Positions 48,975 to 58,856 of a stretch of DNA of 64,000 nucleotides are shown here, piece after piece; positions within the stretch are counted from its first letter, which is position 1, and every line of letters begins with the position of its first letter. The stretch is from contig JBJHCF010000005.1 of NCBI GenBank assembly GCA_050506795.1, forward strand, positions 90,139-154,138, written 5' to 3'. Both the position numbers and the translations under genes were made by a program. The notes under the pieces were generated by a model, which was not told where the DNA came from, did not search any database, and saw nothing but the letters and a program-made list of their open reading frames with translations. The DNA is from Opitutia bacterium. Its GTDB lineage: Bacteria > Verrucomicrobiota > Verrucomicrobiia > Opitutales > T3Sed10-336.

Positions 48975-51035
48975 TCAGGACGGCGCGGTGAATTTTGTGT
49001 CCCGGTTGGCCCGGGTCAGGCGGTGGACGCGCGGTTGGGGCAGGGCTGAAAGAAACAGGCGGCCGTAGGTTTTGTGCAGCAGGCGGGTGTCGAGCAGGGT
49101 GATTATTCCCTGATCGGATTTGCCGCGAATGAGGCGTCCGACACCCTGGCGGAATTTGACCAGGGCTTGCGGCAGGGTGAATTCGGCGAACGGGTTGCCG
49201 CCGCGCGCGCGAATCCATTCACACTTCGCCTCGGGGATCGGGTGGGAGGGGTTCTCGAAAGGGAGCCGGGTCACGATTACCTGCGAGAGGGCCGGACCGG
49301 GGATATCGACCCCGATCCAGAAACTGTCGGTCCCGAAAAGCACTCCGTTGCCGGCCCGGGCGAAGCGACGGGCGAGTTCGGTGCGCGAGAAATCCCTTCC
49401 CTGCAGGAAAAAGGGCCGCCGCATCCGCTGAAAGGTCTCTTCGACTTCGAGCGCCACCTTTCGCATATCCTGGTAACTGGTGAAGAGCACCAGGGTGCCG
49501 CCTTCGATGCCGGCGGCGCAGAAGGTGATGTAGTCGGCGAGCGCCTCCAGCGCCAGCCGCCCGTCGCTCGCGGCCGGCGCGGGGACATCGGCGGCGAGGT
49601 AAACGCGCATATTCCTCTCGTAGTCGAAGGGGGAAGACACCACTTCCGCCCGCACCTGATCAGCGCCGATCTGCGCCTGGAATATTTCCATGTTGCCGGC
49701 TGGAGCGAGCGTGGCGCTGGTCAGGATCACTGACGTTTCCCGTTGGAAGAGGCATTCGCGCAGACACGGTGCGATGTCGATCGGCGCATTGCGGAGCGTG
49801 ACGTTCGCGCCTTGCTTGCCGGTGCGCTCAACCCAATGCACGTGGTCTTCCGCCGCCAGACTGAGGCATTGATTGATGCCGGTGGCGTAGGTTTCCAGTC
49901 GACGCTTTTGATCGCGCAACTCGCTGTAGGCCGGGCTGTCTTCGTCCATCCGGTCGACGATGGAACCCACGTGCTGAATCAATGCCCGCAAGGGAGGACC
50001 GAGTGTCGGTTCGGCCCACCCTTCCTCCCGCAGGCGGACAATCGCGCGTTCCTTCAGGATGCGCTCGCGGATAAATCCGAAGAACTGCGCGGCCGCTGCC
50101 GAAGCATCGAGCACCGCTTGCTGGTGGCGGCTGTGACCGTGCCGAACCAGGAGTCCGCGATTCTTTTTCGGATTGAAGAGCCGGTTCAGCAGTCTCTGCA
50201 ACCCGCTCGAGCCGAGGCTCAGACCGAAGTGATCGGTGGCGATGGCCGGGATGGTGTGGGCTTCGTCGATGACGACAAAATCGTCGGGGAAAAGGACCCC
50301 TCTACCTTTGGCGGGCGCGGCGCCCGCGTTGATCAGCGCGAAGAGGAGGCTGTGGTTGACAATGATCAGGTGCGCCTTGCGCAGGTTCGCCCGGGCGCGC
50401 TGGTAGGGGCAGAGTTCGGGGGTGCAGTTTTTCCGGTTGCAGACGGAGGAGTCGGCGTTCACCTGTTCCCAGACATCAAAAGGCGGAGCCGGGCTCAGTT
50501 CCTGAACCAGACCCTCCGAGGTTTCCTGCGACCATTCGGCTAGCCGGTGCAGTTCCTCCTGTTCGGCACTGCCGAAGAGGTCGCCCCGGGTCTCAATGGC
50601 TCGAGCGAGGCGGTAGGTACAGAGGTAGTTGGCTTTACCCAGGAGCAGGGCGGTACGGAACCCGGCGCGATGTTCGAGTTGCGGGATTTTTCCAAAGAGC
50701 GAACGACAAAGGTTCAGGTCCTTTTTCTGGATCTGTTCCTGGAGCGAAATGGTGTTGGTGGAGACGATGCATGGACGCTCCTTTTCCAGGGCATGCAAAA
50801 GCGCTGGAACCAGGTAGGCCAGGCTTTTGCCGACTCCCGTTCCGGCTTCGAAAAGCAGCGGTTCGTCGGCTTCCAATGCCGCCGCCACGGCGTTGGCCAT
50901 GGTTTCCTGCTGGGGACGGTACTCCAGGCCGAGGTTGTGGTGTAACCAGCCGTCGAGCGCGAACGTGCCGGCCACCAGCGGAACGAGTTCGCCGGCCGCG
51001 GGTGCGGCTTCAAAGTCCTGGTTGAATCCTATCAT
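48975..51035 (-). CDS. DinG/YoaA-family ATP-dependent DNA helicase
   Basis: EAGTGVGKS, NYLC..C..CPY (Fe-S), DEAH, TSATL, QGVGRLIR. Confidence 0.93.
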   Translation of the reverse strand: MIGFNQDFEAAPAAGELVPLVAGTFALDGWLHHNLGLEYRPQQETMANAVAAALEADEPLLFEAGTGVGKSLAYLVPALLHALEKERPCIVSTNTISLQEQIQKKDLNLCRSLFGKIPQLEHRAGFRTALLLGKANYLCTYRLARAIETRGDLFGSAEQEELHRLAEWSQETSEGLVQELSPAPPFDVWEQVNADSSVCNRKNCTPELCPYQRARANLRKAHLIIVNHSLLFALINAGAAPAKGRGVLFPDDFVVIDEAHTIPAIATDHFGLSLGSSGLQRLLNRLFNPKKNRGLLVRHGHSRHQQAVLDASAAAAQFFGFIRERILKERAIVRLREEGWAEPTLGPPLRALIQHVGSIVDRMDEDSPAYSELRDQKRRLETYATGINQCLSLAAEDHVHWVERTGKQGANVTLRNAPIDIAPCLRECLFQRETSVILTSATLAPAGNMEIFQAQIGADQVRAEVVSSPFDYERNMRVYLAADVPAPAASDGRLALEALADYITFCAAGIEGGTLVLFTSYQDMRKVALEVEETFQRMRRPFFLQGRDFSRTELARRFARAGNGVLFGTDSFWIGVDIPGPALSQVIVTRLPFENPSHPIPEAKCEWIRARGGNPFAEFTLPQALVKFRQGVGRLIRGKSDQGIITLLDTRLLHKTYGRLFLSALPQPRVHRLTRANRDTKFTAPS

Positions 51036-51184
51036 TTCACCTTCGAGGCCAATGCACAGAACGCGCGGCCGAAAGAAGAATCGTCGTTGATTCTCCGCAT
51101 CGGCGCAATTCGTTTTGCTGATCAGCCGCCTCCGGTAATAGGGATTGCCTCCAAACCGCGGCGTGCTCCATATTGTCCCCCATA

Positions 51185-51823
51185 ATGAAGATGCAGCCGG
51201 AGGAAAAACTTCTCTTCATCGGCGATAGTATTACGGACTGCGAACGGCGCGAGCCGGAAGGAGCCCCATTTGGGCGAGGATACGTGCAGTTGTTCCGCAG
51301 CCTTCTCCAGTGGCGCCATCCCTCCTGGCGGGTGCGGGTGGTCAACCGGGGGATTAATGGAAACACTATTCGCGATCTTCAGCGTCGGTGGGAGGACGAC
51401 GTGCTGGCGGAGAAACCGGACCGGCTGGTGATCGCGATCGGCATCAACGACGTCTGGCGCAATTTCTCGGTGCCGGAAAGCCTGGAGTTTCACGTTCCGT
51501 TGGAGGAGTACGAAGCCACCTACCGGGAATTGATCCGAATTTCGCAGGAGTCCGGCATTCAAGGGGTTTGCCTGGCAACCCCGTTTTTTGTCGAGCCCGA
51601 CCGCGGAGAGCCGATGCGCGCCATGTGCGACCTTTATGGGGACACGGTTCGGGAAATCGCGGATGAGCTTTTTCTCGATCTCGCCGATTTCCAGATGGCC
51701 ATCGACCGTATGCTTCGGGATCAGCATCCCATGATGATCGCCGCCGATCGGGTGCATCTCAATCCGCACGGCCACCTGGCCCTGGCGGAAACGGTTTACG
51801 ACACGTTGTGCGGGGAAGGGTGA
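51185..51823 (+). CDS. SGNH/GDSL hydrolase
   Basis: IGDSITD, NRGING, IGINDVW, DRVH. Confidence 0.92.
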   Translation: MKMQPEEKLLFIGDSITDCERREPEGAPFGRGYVQLFRSLLQWRHPSWRVRVVNRGINGNTIRDLQRRWEDDVLAEKPDRLVIAIGINDVWRNFSVPESLEFHVPLEEYEATYRELIRISQESGIQGVCLATPFFVEPDRGEPMRAMCDLYGDTVREIADELFLDLADFQMAIDRMLRDQHPMMIAADRVHLNPHGHLALAETVYDTLCGEG

Positions 51824-51936
51824 GGGGGCTAAAGTTAAAAGTGGAAAGTTATAGGTTAAAAGTGGAACGGCAGGGCGGGTACTTCGCGAAATCAAGATGA
51901 ATGGGGGCGCGATAAGATCGGGGATGAAGGGATGAA

Positions 51937-52470
51937 TTATTCCAGGTCGATCCAGACGAGTGTGCCGGCGGGAGCGATGTTGAAAAGTTCGAGAATATCG
52001 GTGTTGCTCATGTTGACGCAGCCTCCGCTTTGCGGTTCACCCAGACATTCTTCGCGATTGGTGCCATGAATGTAAATGTGGCGCTCTTTGGAGTCGCGGT
52101 CCCCGTCCCGGTTATGCCCCGGTTCGAGGCCTTCCAGCCACAGGATCCGGGTGGTGATGAGGTCGCTCCGGTCGAGATCCCAGTAAAATTCGCCGGTCGG
52201 TTTTCGCCCCTTGAACACCATGCCCAGCGGTTCATGGTCCCCGATCTTTTCGGCGACGCGGTGCAGGCCGTCCGGGGTTCCGAGGGAGTGCATCAGGCAG
52301 GAGGGAGGCCGGCGCGAGGTGGAGACGCGGTATTCCGCTCGCAGGGCGTCCCCGTGGAAAAGCTGGAGACGCTGGCGGGCGATGGAAACATGGATGAGGT
52401 AATTTGTGGGCTTGAATCCGTGCTTGCCGGCTTGCACGATGATCTTTTCACGTAAAGGAGAGGTATCCAT
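51937..52470 (-). CDS. L,D-transpeptidase (YkuD family)
   Basis: GTPDG, ITTRILWL, IYIHGT..SGGCV. Confidence 0.9.
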   Translation of the reverse strand: MDTSPLREKIIVQAGKHGFKPTNYLIHVSIARQRLQLFHGDALRAEYRVSTSRRPPSCLMHSLGTPDGLHRVAEKIGDHEPLGMVFKGRKPTGEFYWDLDRSDLITTRILWLEGLEPGHNRDGDRDSKERHIYIHGTNREECLGEPQSGGCVNMSNTDILELFNIAPAGTLVWIDLE

Positions 52471-53486
52471 TGAAAAAGGAAGTTAACATCGGCATTGTCG
52501 GAGCGACCGGAGCCGTCGGTCAAGAACTGATCCGGCTTCTGCTCAAGCGCGGGTTTCCCCTCGGTGAGCTGCGCCTGCTCGCATCGGCCCGGTCCGCCGG
52601 GAAATCGATCACCCAGTCGGGCCAGACCTGGACCGTGCAGGAGGCCCGTCCGGAGGCCTTTGACGGTCTCGACATGGCCATCTTCAGTGCCGGGGCCGGT
52701 ATTTCCCGGGATCTGGCGCCGGCGGCGGCGGAGCGCGGCTGCGTGGTGATCGACAACAGTTCGGCTTTTCGCATGGAGGAAGGTGTTCCCCTGGTGGTGC
52801 CGGAAATCAACGGGGCCGAAGCCTTGCGGCATAAAGGCATTATCGCCAATCCCAACTGTTCCACCGCCATCGCGCTGATGGGACTCTTCCCGCTGCACCG
52901 CGAGTTCGGGGTCAAGCGTATCATCGCCTCGACCTACCAGGCGGTTTCCGGTTCCGGAGCCGAGGGGATCGCCGAACTCGACCGGCAGGTGCGCGCCTAT
53001 GTGGAGGGCGGCGAGGCGAAACCGGAGGTTTATCCGTATCCCATCGCGTTCAACCTGCTGCCGCATGTGGATGTTTTTCAGGACAACGGTTACACCAAGG
53101 AGGAAATGAAGCTGCTCAACGAGAGCCGCAAAATCCTGAACCTGCCCGATCTGAAAGCGTCGGCCACCTGTGTGCGGGTGCCGGTATTTCGCGCGCACTC
53201 CATTGCCATGACCGCCCAGTTTGAGAGTGTGGTGGATCTGGACGAGGCCCGTCGCGCCATAACGGAGTTTGCAGGTTGCGACTTGGTGGACGATCCGTCA
53301 CAAAATCGCTATCCCATGCCGCTGGAACTGGCCGAACGCGAGCATTGCGCGATCGGGCGTCTGCGCTATGACACCGCGTTGGACAACGCACTGAGTTTCT
53401 GGGTGGTGGGCGACCAACTCTGGAAGGGGGCCGCCCTGAATGCCATTCAGATCGCCGAGTACCTGGTCGAGTACGCGGAAGAGTGA
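52470..53486 (+). CDS. asd: Aspartate-semialdehyde dehydrogenase
   Basis: VGATGAVG, DNSSAFRM, ANPNCST, STYQAVSG, KGAALN; TTG start after AAGGAG. Confidence 0.97.
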   Translation: MKKEVNIGIVGATGAVGQELIRLLLKRGFPLGELRLLASARSAGKSITQSGQTWTVQEARPEAFDGLDMAIFSAGAGISRDLAPAAAERGCVVIDNSSAFRMEEGVPLVVPEINGAEALRHKGIIANPNCSTAIALMGLFPLHREFGVKRIIASTYQAVSGSGAEGIAELDRQVRAYVEGGEAKPEVYPYPIAFNLLPHVDVFQDNGYTKEEMKLLNESRKILNLPDLKASATCVRVPVFRAHSIAMTAQFESVVDLDEARRAITEFAGCDLVDDPSQNRYPMPLELAEREHCAIGRLRYDTALDNALSFWVVGDQLWKGAALNAIQIAEYLVEYAEE

Positions 53487-53559
53487 GGCCGCTTGTGACA
53501 ACCCGCCATTTCGTGCTTGCGTCGCGCGGTCGGGACGCGTTTAACCTCTTCTTTTTCGC

Positions 53560-53633
53560 GGACGGCTAGCTCAGTTGGTTAGAGCATCTCGTTTACACCG
53601 AGGGGGTCGGGGGTTCGAATCCCTCGCCGTCCA
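53560..53633 (+). tRNA. tRNA-Val (anticodon TAC)
   Basis: Acceptor GGACGGC/GCCGTCC, D arm GCTC/GAGC, anticodon loop TTTACAC, T arm GGTTCGAATCC; followed by CCC, so CCA is not encoded. Confidence 0.96.
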
Positions 53634-53649
53634 CCCAACGATTTAATTT

Positions 53650-54120
53650 ATGAGGCACACCATCTCAGTCCTGGTCGAAAATAAATTCGGCGTGCTGGCC
53701 CGCGTGGCGGGAATGTTCAGCGGTCGCGGATTCAATATCGACACCCTTAACGTGGCACCTACCCACGATTCCACGCTTTCGCGCATAACGGCTGTGGTGA
53801 AGGGGGACGACGCGACTCTCGATCAGATTACCAAGCAATTGCGGAAGCTGATCAATGTGATCGAGGTGACCGATTTCAGTGCCGGTCAATCGGTGGATCG
53901 GGAGATGGTGCTGGTCAAACTCGGCGCCGATTCCTCCAACCGCTCCGAGATTATGCAGATCTGCGATATTTTCCGGGCGAAAATAATCAACGTCGGATCC
54001 AAGTCAGTGGTGATTGAAATCACCGGTGACGAGGGAAAGATCAACGCTTTCCTCGAACTGCTGGAACCGTTCGAAATTTTCGATATTTCCCGAACCGGCA
54101 AATTGGCGATGGCCCGTTAG
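53650..54120 (+). CDS. ilvN: Acetolactate synthase small (regulatory) subunit
   Basis: [41 protein letters not shown]. Confidence 0.96.
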   Translation: MRHTISVLVENKFGVLARVAGMFSGRGFNIDTLNVAPTHDSTLSRITAVVKGDDATLDQITKQLRKLINVIEVTDFSAGQSVDREMVLVKLGADSSNRSEIMQICDIFRAKIINVGSKSVVIEITGDEGKINAFLELLEPFEIFDISRTGKLAMAR

Positions 54121-54227
54121 CCTATCGCAGGGAAACCGTCGCCATTTGTTCGAAGTGGCAGCCTTGTGGCGACCGCCGGACGGATCATTTAGCCAGTTCT
54201 CTTCCAGAAAACCAAATCAAGAAAACC

Positions 54228-55259
54228 ATGCCAGCAAAAGTATACACGGAGAAAGACGCCGATCTCAGGTCGATCAGTTCCAAGACCTTGGCCGTTATCG
54301 GCTTCGGCTCCCAAGGACACGCCCACGCGCTTAACTTGAAAGAGAGCGGCTGCAACGTTATCATCGGCCTTTACGCCAAAAGCAAGTCACGCCCGGTCGC
54401 GCAGAAGCTGGGCTTCAAGGTTTACGACACCAGCGAAGCGGTGCAGAAGGCGGATGTGATCATGTTGGCCGTTCCCGACATGAAGCAGGCTTCCGTTTAC
54501 GAAAAGGATGTCGAACCGCACCTGACCAAAGGCAAGTGCCTGTTGTTCAGTCATGGGTTCTGTATCCACTATGGCCTGATCAAGCCGCCGGCCGATGTGG
54601 ATGTGATCATGGTCGCTCCGAAAGGACCGGGCCATGTCGTGCGCAGTCAGTACCAGGAAGGCAAGGGCGTTCCCAGCCTTATCGCGGTGCATAACGACGC
54701 CTCCGGCAAAGCGAAAAAGGTCGCTCTCGGTTGGGCCAAGGGGATCGGCGGCGCGCGTGCCGGCGTTCTGCAGACCACCTTCAAGGAAGAAACGGAAACC
54801 GACCTTTTCGGCGAACAGGCCGTGCTTTGCGGCGGCACCACCGCGTTGATCCAGGCCGGATTCGAAACCCTGGTCGAGGCCGGTTACCAGCCGGAAATGG
54901 CCTACTTCGAATGCCTGCATGAACTGAAGCTGATCGTCGACCTGATCAACGAGTCCGGAATTTCGGGAATGCGTTTTTCCATTTCCGAGACCGCCAAGTA
55001 CGGCGACATCACCCGCGGTCCTCGGTTGATCGACGGCGCGGTGCGCAAGAAGATGAAGACCGTCCTCAAGGAGATCCAGAGCGGCAAGTTTGCCAAGGAG
55101 TGGGTTTCCGAGTACCAGGGCGGACTCAAGAATTACAAGGCCCTCATGAAGGCCGGCGAACAGCATCCGATCGAAAAGACCGGCAAACGGCTGCGTGGCC
55201 TGATGCCTTGGGTGTCCAAGAAAAACATCAAGGGCGTCCAGGCTTCCTACGGAAGTTGA
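54228..55259 (+). CDS. ilvC: Ketol-acid reductoisomerase
   Basis: [45 protein letters not shown]. Confidence 0.98.
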   Translation: MPAKVYTEKDADLRSISSKTLAVIGFGSQGHAHALNLKESGCNVIIGLYAKSKSRPVAQKLGFKVYDTSEAVQKADVIMLAVPDMKQASVYEKDVEPHLTKGKCLLFSHGFCIHYGLIKPPADVDVIMVAPKGPGHVVRSQYQEGKGVPSLIAVHNDASGKAKKVALGWAKGIGGARAGVLQTTFKEETETDLFGEQAVLCGGTTALIQAGFETLVEAGYQPEMAYFECLHELKLIVDLINESGISGMRFSISETAKYGDITRGPRLIDGAVRKKMKTVLKEIQSGKFAKEWVSEYQGGLKNYKALMKAGEQHPIEKTGKRLRGLMPWVSKKNIKGVQASYGS

Positions 55260-55277
55260 GTCGCCGTTTCCGCCACA

Positions 55278-55300
55278 CCGGAACGATTCCGGCGGTTTTT
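55278..55300 (+). terminator. Possible intrinsic terminator after ilvC
   Basis: CCGGA-ACGAT-TCCGG stem followed by CGGTTTTT; short stem. Confidence 0.4.
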
Positions 55301-55380
55301 ATGAACCCTATTGATGCGATTCCCGTGTCAATAGGGTTTGTGACGTCCCGGTCGCGCGACCGGGATGGAGCGGAATCGAA

Positions 55381-56265
55381 ATGGCGTTTACCATGAAAGA
55401 CCGGATTATCCTGGCCACCCGCCGCAGTTCCCTTGCGCTGAAACAGAGTCGCCTGGTGGCCGACCATTTGCAGCGCTACTGGCCGGAAGCCCAGGTTTCC
55501 CTGCTCGAGCTGGTCACGACCGGTGACCGGCAACAGGGGTGGTCCCTGGAGAAAGAAGGGGGGAAAGGTCTTTTTACCGGTGAGCTGGAAATGGCGCTGC
55601 TCAGGGGTGATGCCGACATCGCGGTGCACAGTAGCAAGGATCTTCCGACGACGCTCCCCGATGGACTCGCCCTGGCCGGATTCCTCCCCCGGGAACGTCC
55701 CAACGATGTGCTGGTGCTGCGTGAAGGGTGTGACTCGCCGCGCTTGCTCGCCACCGGCAGTCCTCGTCGGCGGGCTCAGGCGGCTCTCCTTTTCCCCGAG
55801 GCCGAATGGGCGGAAATTCGCGGCAACGTGGAGACGCGCCTGCGCAAGGTGACCGAGGGGGAAGCCGACGGGACCGTGCTGGCGGCCGCCGGTTTGCGGC
55901 GGCTGGGAATCGAATCCTGGCCGGGACTGGTTTTCCGGGAGTTGACGGTGCGGGAAATGGTGCCGGCGCCGGGTCAGGGGGCCATTGCCCTTGAGTCCCT
56001 GGCGACCACGGCGGGAAAATGGAGCCCTTTACTCGATGCGGAAACCGATCTGGCGGTCCGGGCGGAACGCGCTTTCCTGGCCGCATTGGGCGGAGGGTGT
56101 CACGCGGCGTTCGCGGCGCATTACGCGGAGGGACACCTCTCGATCTTTCACGAGAAAACCGGACACCTCCGGGTTCCTATCCCTGCGGACGCGGAAGAAT
56201 CGATTGAGACGAAGGTGCGTAAAGCGGCGGCGGATTTGAATCTGATCGAAAACGAGGAAGCATGA
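55381..56265 (+). CDS. hemC: Hydroxymethylbilane synthase
   Basis: LATRRSSLA, TTGD, KGLFT, VHSSKD, SPRR, IRGNV, GGGC. Confidence 0.95.
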   Translation: MAFTMKDRIILATRRSSLALKQSRLVADHLQRYWPEAQVSLLELVTTGDRQQGWSLEKEGGKGLFTGELEMALLRGDADIAVHSSKDLPTTLPDGLALAGFLPRERPNDVLVLREGCDSPRLLATGSPRRRAQAALLFPEAEWAEIRGNVETRLRKVTEGEADGTVLAAAGLRRLGIESWPGLVFRELTVREMVPAPGQGAIALESLATTAGKWSPLLDAETDLAVRAERAFLAALGGGCHAAFAAHYAEGHLSIFHEKTGHLRVPIPADAEESIETKVRKAAADLNLIENEEA

Positions 56266-57800
56266 AAACGGGGACGGGCAAAGTGTACCTGGTCGGCGCA
56301 GGACCCGGGGATCCCGGCTTGATCACTCGCCGGGCGGCCGATCTGCTGGCGCGGGCCGATGCGGTGGTCTACGACTACCTGGTGCATCCGGATTTGCTGG
56401 CGGGCTGCCGTTCGGACTGCGAGCGTATCTATGTCGGCAAGAAGGCTGGTTTCCACAGCGTTGAGCAGGAGAAAATCGAAGAGATTCTCATGACCAAGGT
56501 TCGCGACGGTCTGGAGGTCGTGCGCCTGAAAGGAGGGGATCCATTCGTCTATGGACGCGGCGGGGAAGAAGCCCGGCGTTTGCGTCAGAACGGCATTCCG
56601 TTCGAGATCGTTCCGGGAGTGACCGCGGCGGTGGCCGCGGGCGGATATACCGGGATTCCCCTGACTCAACGAAACACCAGTTCCGCCGTGGTGTTCCTGA
56701 CCGGACACGAGGATCCGGTCAAGAAGCGTTCGGTGGTGGATTGGCGGTCCTATGGCGCCCTCGACGCCACCCTTTGCATCTACATGGGGATGGGGAGGCT
56801 GAAGGAAATTGTGGCCGAGCTGATCGCGGGAGGACGTTCGCCGGACACCCCGGCGGCGGTGGTGCAGTGGGCTTCCCTAAGCAAACAGCGGTCCTGCCGG
56901 GCTCCGCTGAGTGAGCTTCCGGAGAAGGTCGCCGCCGCCGGTCTGGGCGCGCCCGCGGTGGTGATTGTCGGCGACGTGGTCGCGGCCGGTGAGGGATTGG
57001 ATTGGTTCGAGAGCCGTCCGCTTTTCGGCCGCCGGGTGGTGGTGACCCGCAACCGGGCGCAGGCCGGGGAACTGCGCGGACAGTTGGAATCGCTGGGCGC
57101 CGAAGTGTTGGAAATTCCCATGGTTCGTGTATCCGCGGATCATGACGAAAAAATCTGGAAAGAGATCCTGGAGGAACTGGGCGCCTATGACTGGCTGGTC
57201 TTTTCCAGCGCCAACGGCGTGAAACATTTTTTTGAATACTTCCTGCAACGCCATCCCGATGTGCGCGACCTCGGTTCGATGCGTATCGCGGCTGTGGGAA
57301 AAGCCACCGCCCGGGCCATCGAGAATTATTTATTGAAACCCGAACTGATTCCTGAAACCGCGACCGGGGAAGCACTGGCGGAAGCATTGATCGGCACCGG
57401 CAGTCTGGACAGCGCCAAGGTTTTGACCGTGACCGGAAACCGCGGCGGGGAAAAACTCATCGGCCGATTGGAGAAGGAAGGTTTTGCCATCGTCGATCGC
57501 CTGCCGGTCTATAAAACGGAATTGCAGCCGTTGGAAGACCTGCCCGAGGCACAAGACTTCCGCGAACGCGGTGCCGACTACATCATCTTCACCAGCTCCT
57601 CGGCCGTGCAGTCCTTTGCCGAACAGGCCGGTGCCCTGAAATTGCAGCCGGCGGCGACCCAGCCGCTCGCGTGCAGCATCGGTCCGGTAACCAGCGAAAA
57701 ACTGAAAAGCTACGGCATCACCGTGCACGTTGAACCCAAAGAACAAAACCTCCCCGCTCTGGTGGAGGCCATCCGGGCTCACACCGAGCGGAATCCCTGA
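56262..57800 (+). CDS. cobA: Uroporphyrinogen-III C-methyltransferase / uroporphyrinogen-III synthase fusion (CobA/HemD)
   Basis: VGAGPGDPGL, RLKGGDPFVYGRGGEE, then VVTR..FSSANGV..FTSSS..IGPVT. Confidence 0.95.
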   Translation: MKTGTGKVYLVGAGPGDPGLITRRAADLLARADAVVYDYLVHPDLLAGCRSDCERIYVGKKAGFHSVEQEKIEEILMTKVRDGLEVVRLKGGDPFVYGRGGEEARRLRQNGIPFEIVPGVTAAVAAGGYTGIPLTQRNTSSAVVFLTGHEDPVKKRSVVDWRSYGALDATLCIYMGMGRLKEIVAELIAGGRSPDTPAAVVQWASLSKQRSCRAPLSELPEKVAAAGLGAPAVVIVGDVVAAGEGLDWFESRPLFGRRVVVTRNRAQAGELRGQLESLGAEVLEIPMVRVSADHDEKIWKEILEELGAYDWLVFSSANGVKHFFEYFLQRHPDVRDLGSMRIAAVGKATARAIENYLLKPELIPETATGEALAEALIGTGSLDSAKVLTVTGNRGGEKLIGRLEKEGFAIVDRLPVYKTELQPLEDLPEAQDFRERGADYIIFTSSSAVQSFAEQAGALKLQPAATQPLACSIGPVTSEKLKSYGITVHVEPKEQNLPALVEAIRAHTERNP

Positions 57801-57883
57801 TTCGACGCAACCGGTGCCGGTCGGGAAATCCATGGAGGGCAATCCCGGCAAGCCGGGACCGTTGCCGCTTACGGGGGTGAACC

Positions 57884-57952
57884 TCACACGGAGTCACGGA
57901 GCTCACGGAGGCGGGTCCAACTGAATTCTCCGTGTCTTCGTGCCTCCGGTGA
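57884..57952. repeat. CACGGAG triplet plus inverted CTCCGTG-like triplet (REP-like palindrome)
   Basis: CACGGAG at 57887, 57895, 57904; CTCCGTG / CTTCGTG / CTCCGGTG at 57928-57951. Confidence 0.7.
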
Positions 57953-58232
57953 TCATCTTCTCCCAAAACCCCCTGCCGACCCTTTAGCGAATTCCGAAAT
58001 CTTCCGCGTTGATATGGAATCAATCCACTTTCGACCGAATACAACAACAGATCTGTTAGGATTGTCGACTCCTGTGAATTTCGCCGCTGTCCCGAGTTTA
58101 TCCTAATAATAATAGCCTGTCCGCCGGCTGCTTATAAATGCCGCCCACCTCGTTAATTAAATTGCCCGTCGGAGCATTCCAAATACGGTCCGGCCCACCG
58201 AATCGATTTAAGTATAATACCGTCCAATCACC

Positions 58233-58856
58233 ATGAAAACTCGATACCTACTCCTGATCACTACATTGCCATGGCTCGTCGCCGGAGCCAACGATAGCGA
58301 TGAGCTCCTACCGTTGAGCGATGCCGAGGCCGACGCGATCGTCCGGGCGGAGGTCGCGGCGCGGGCCGAACGCGAAGCTGAGCGTCCCCTCAACCGAATT
58401 GAATTCGAAGTCCTCGAATCCCGCGAGGTCTCCCGGGAAGGCCGCACCAATCTGATCATGAACCGGGTGAAGCCGCCGGATATTCCCGCGCCCGAACCGG
58501 AGTCGCAGCCCGACCCCTATGCGAGGTTTTCGGACGACGAACTCGAAGTGGCGCTGGATTACGGCCTTTCCCTGGCGGCGTTGGCCTACCTCCAGCGCAC
58601 GGATTACCTGGAGAACATTGTCCTGCCCCTTTCCGTGACCATCTACGACCGGGAAGTTTCCCGCATCCAATGGCACAATGAAGAAGGCCACACCCTCACG
58701 GTATATTCCAACATCGACTTCAATTTCATGCGCGGTGTTCGGGGTTTCGAAGCTGGCGACGGCCGAACCTATTACACCTTGATGATGGGTATCGGCGAAG
58801 CGGAGACCGCCGGCGCCGGTCGCCTGGAAATGGCGTTTTTTTTTCGCCTCGGATGA
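58233..58856 (+). CDS. Exported hypothetical protein; likely 5' part of a frameshifted gene
   Basis: Signal peptide; ends four codons after a T9 tract. Confidence 0.65.
   Translation: MKTRYLLLITTLPWLVAGANDSDELLPLSDAEADAIVRAEVAARAEREAERPLNRIEFEVLESREVSREGRTNLIMNRVKPPDIPAPEPESQPDPYARFSDDELEVALDYGLSLAALAYLQRTDYLENIVLPLSVTIYDREVSRIQWHNEEGHTLTVYSNIDFNFMRGVRGFEAGDGRTYYTLMMGIGEAETAGAGRLEMAFFFRLG

Noticed and set aside
53560..53650. tRNA-Val as an integration site for a prophage or island
   Set aside because: No integrase and no duplicated tRNA 3' end seen; flanks are housekeeping genes.
57884..57952. CRISPR array, here or elsewhere in the window
   Set aside because: Units are 7-9 bp without unique spacers; no cas genes; DinG is the housekeeping type.
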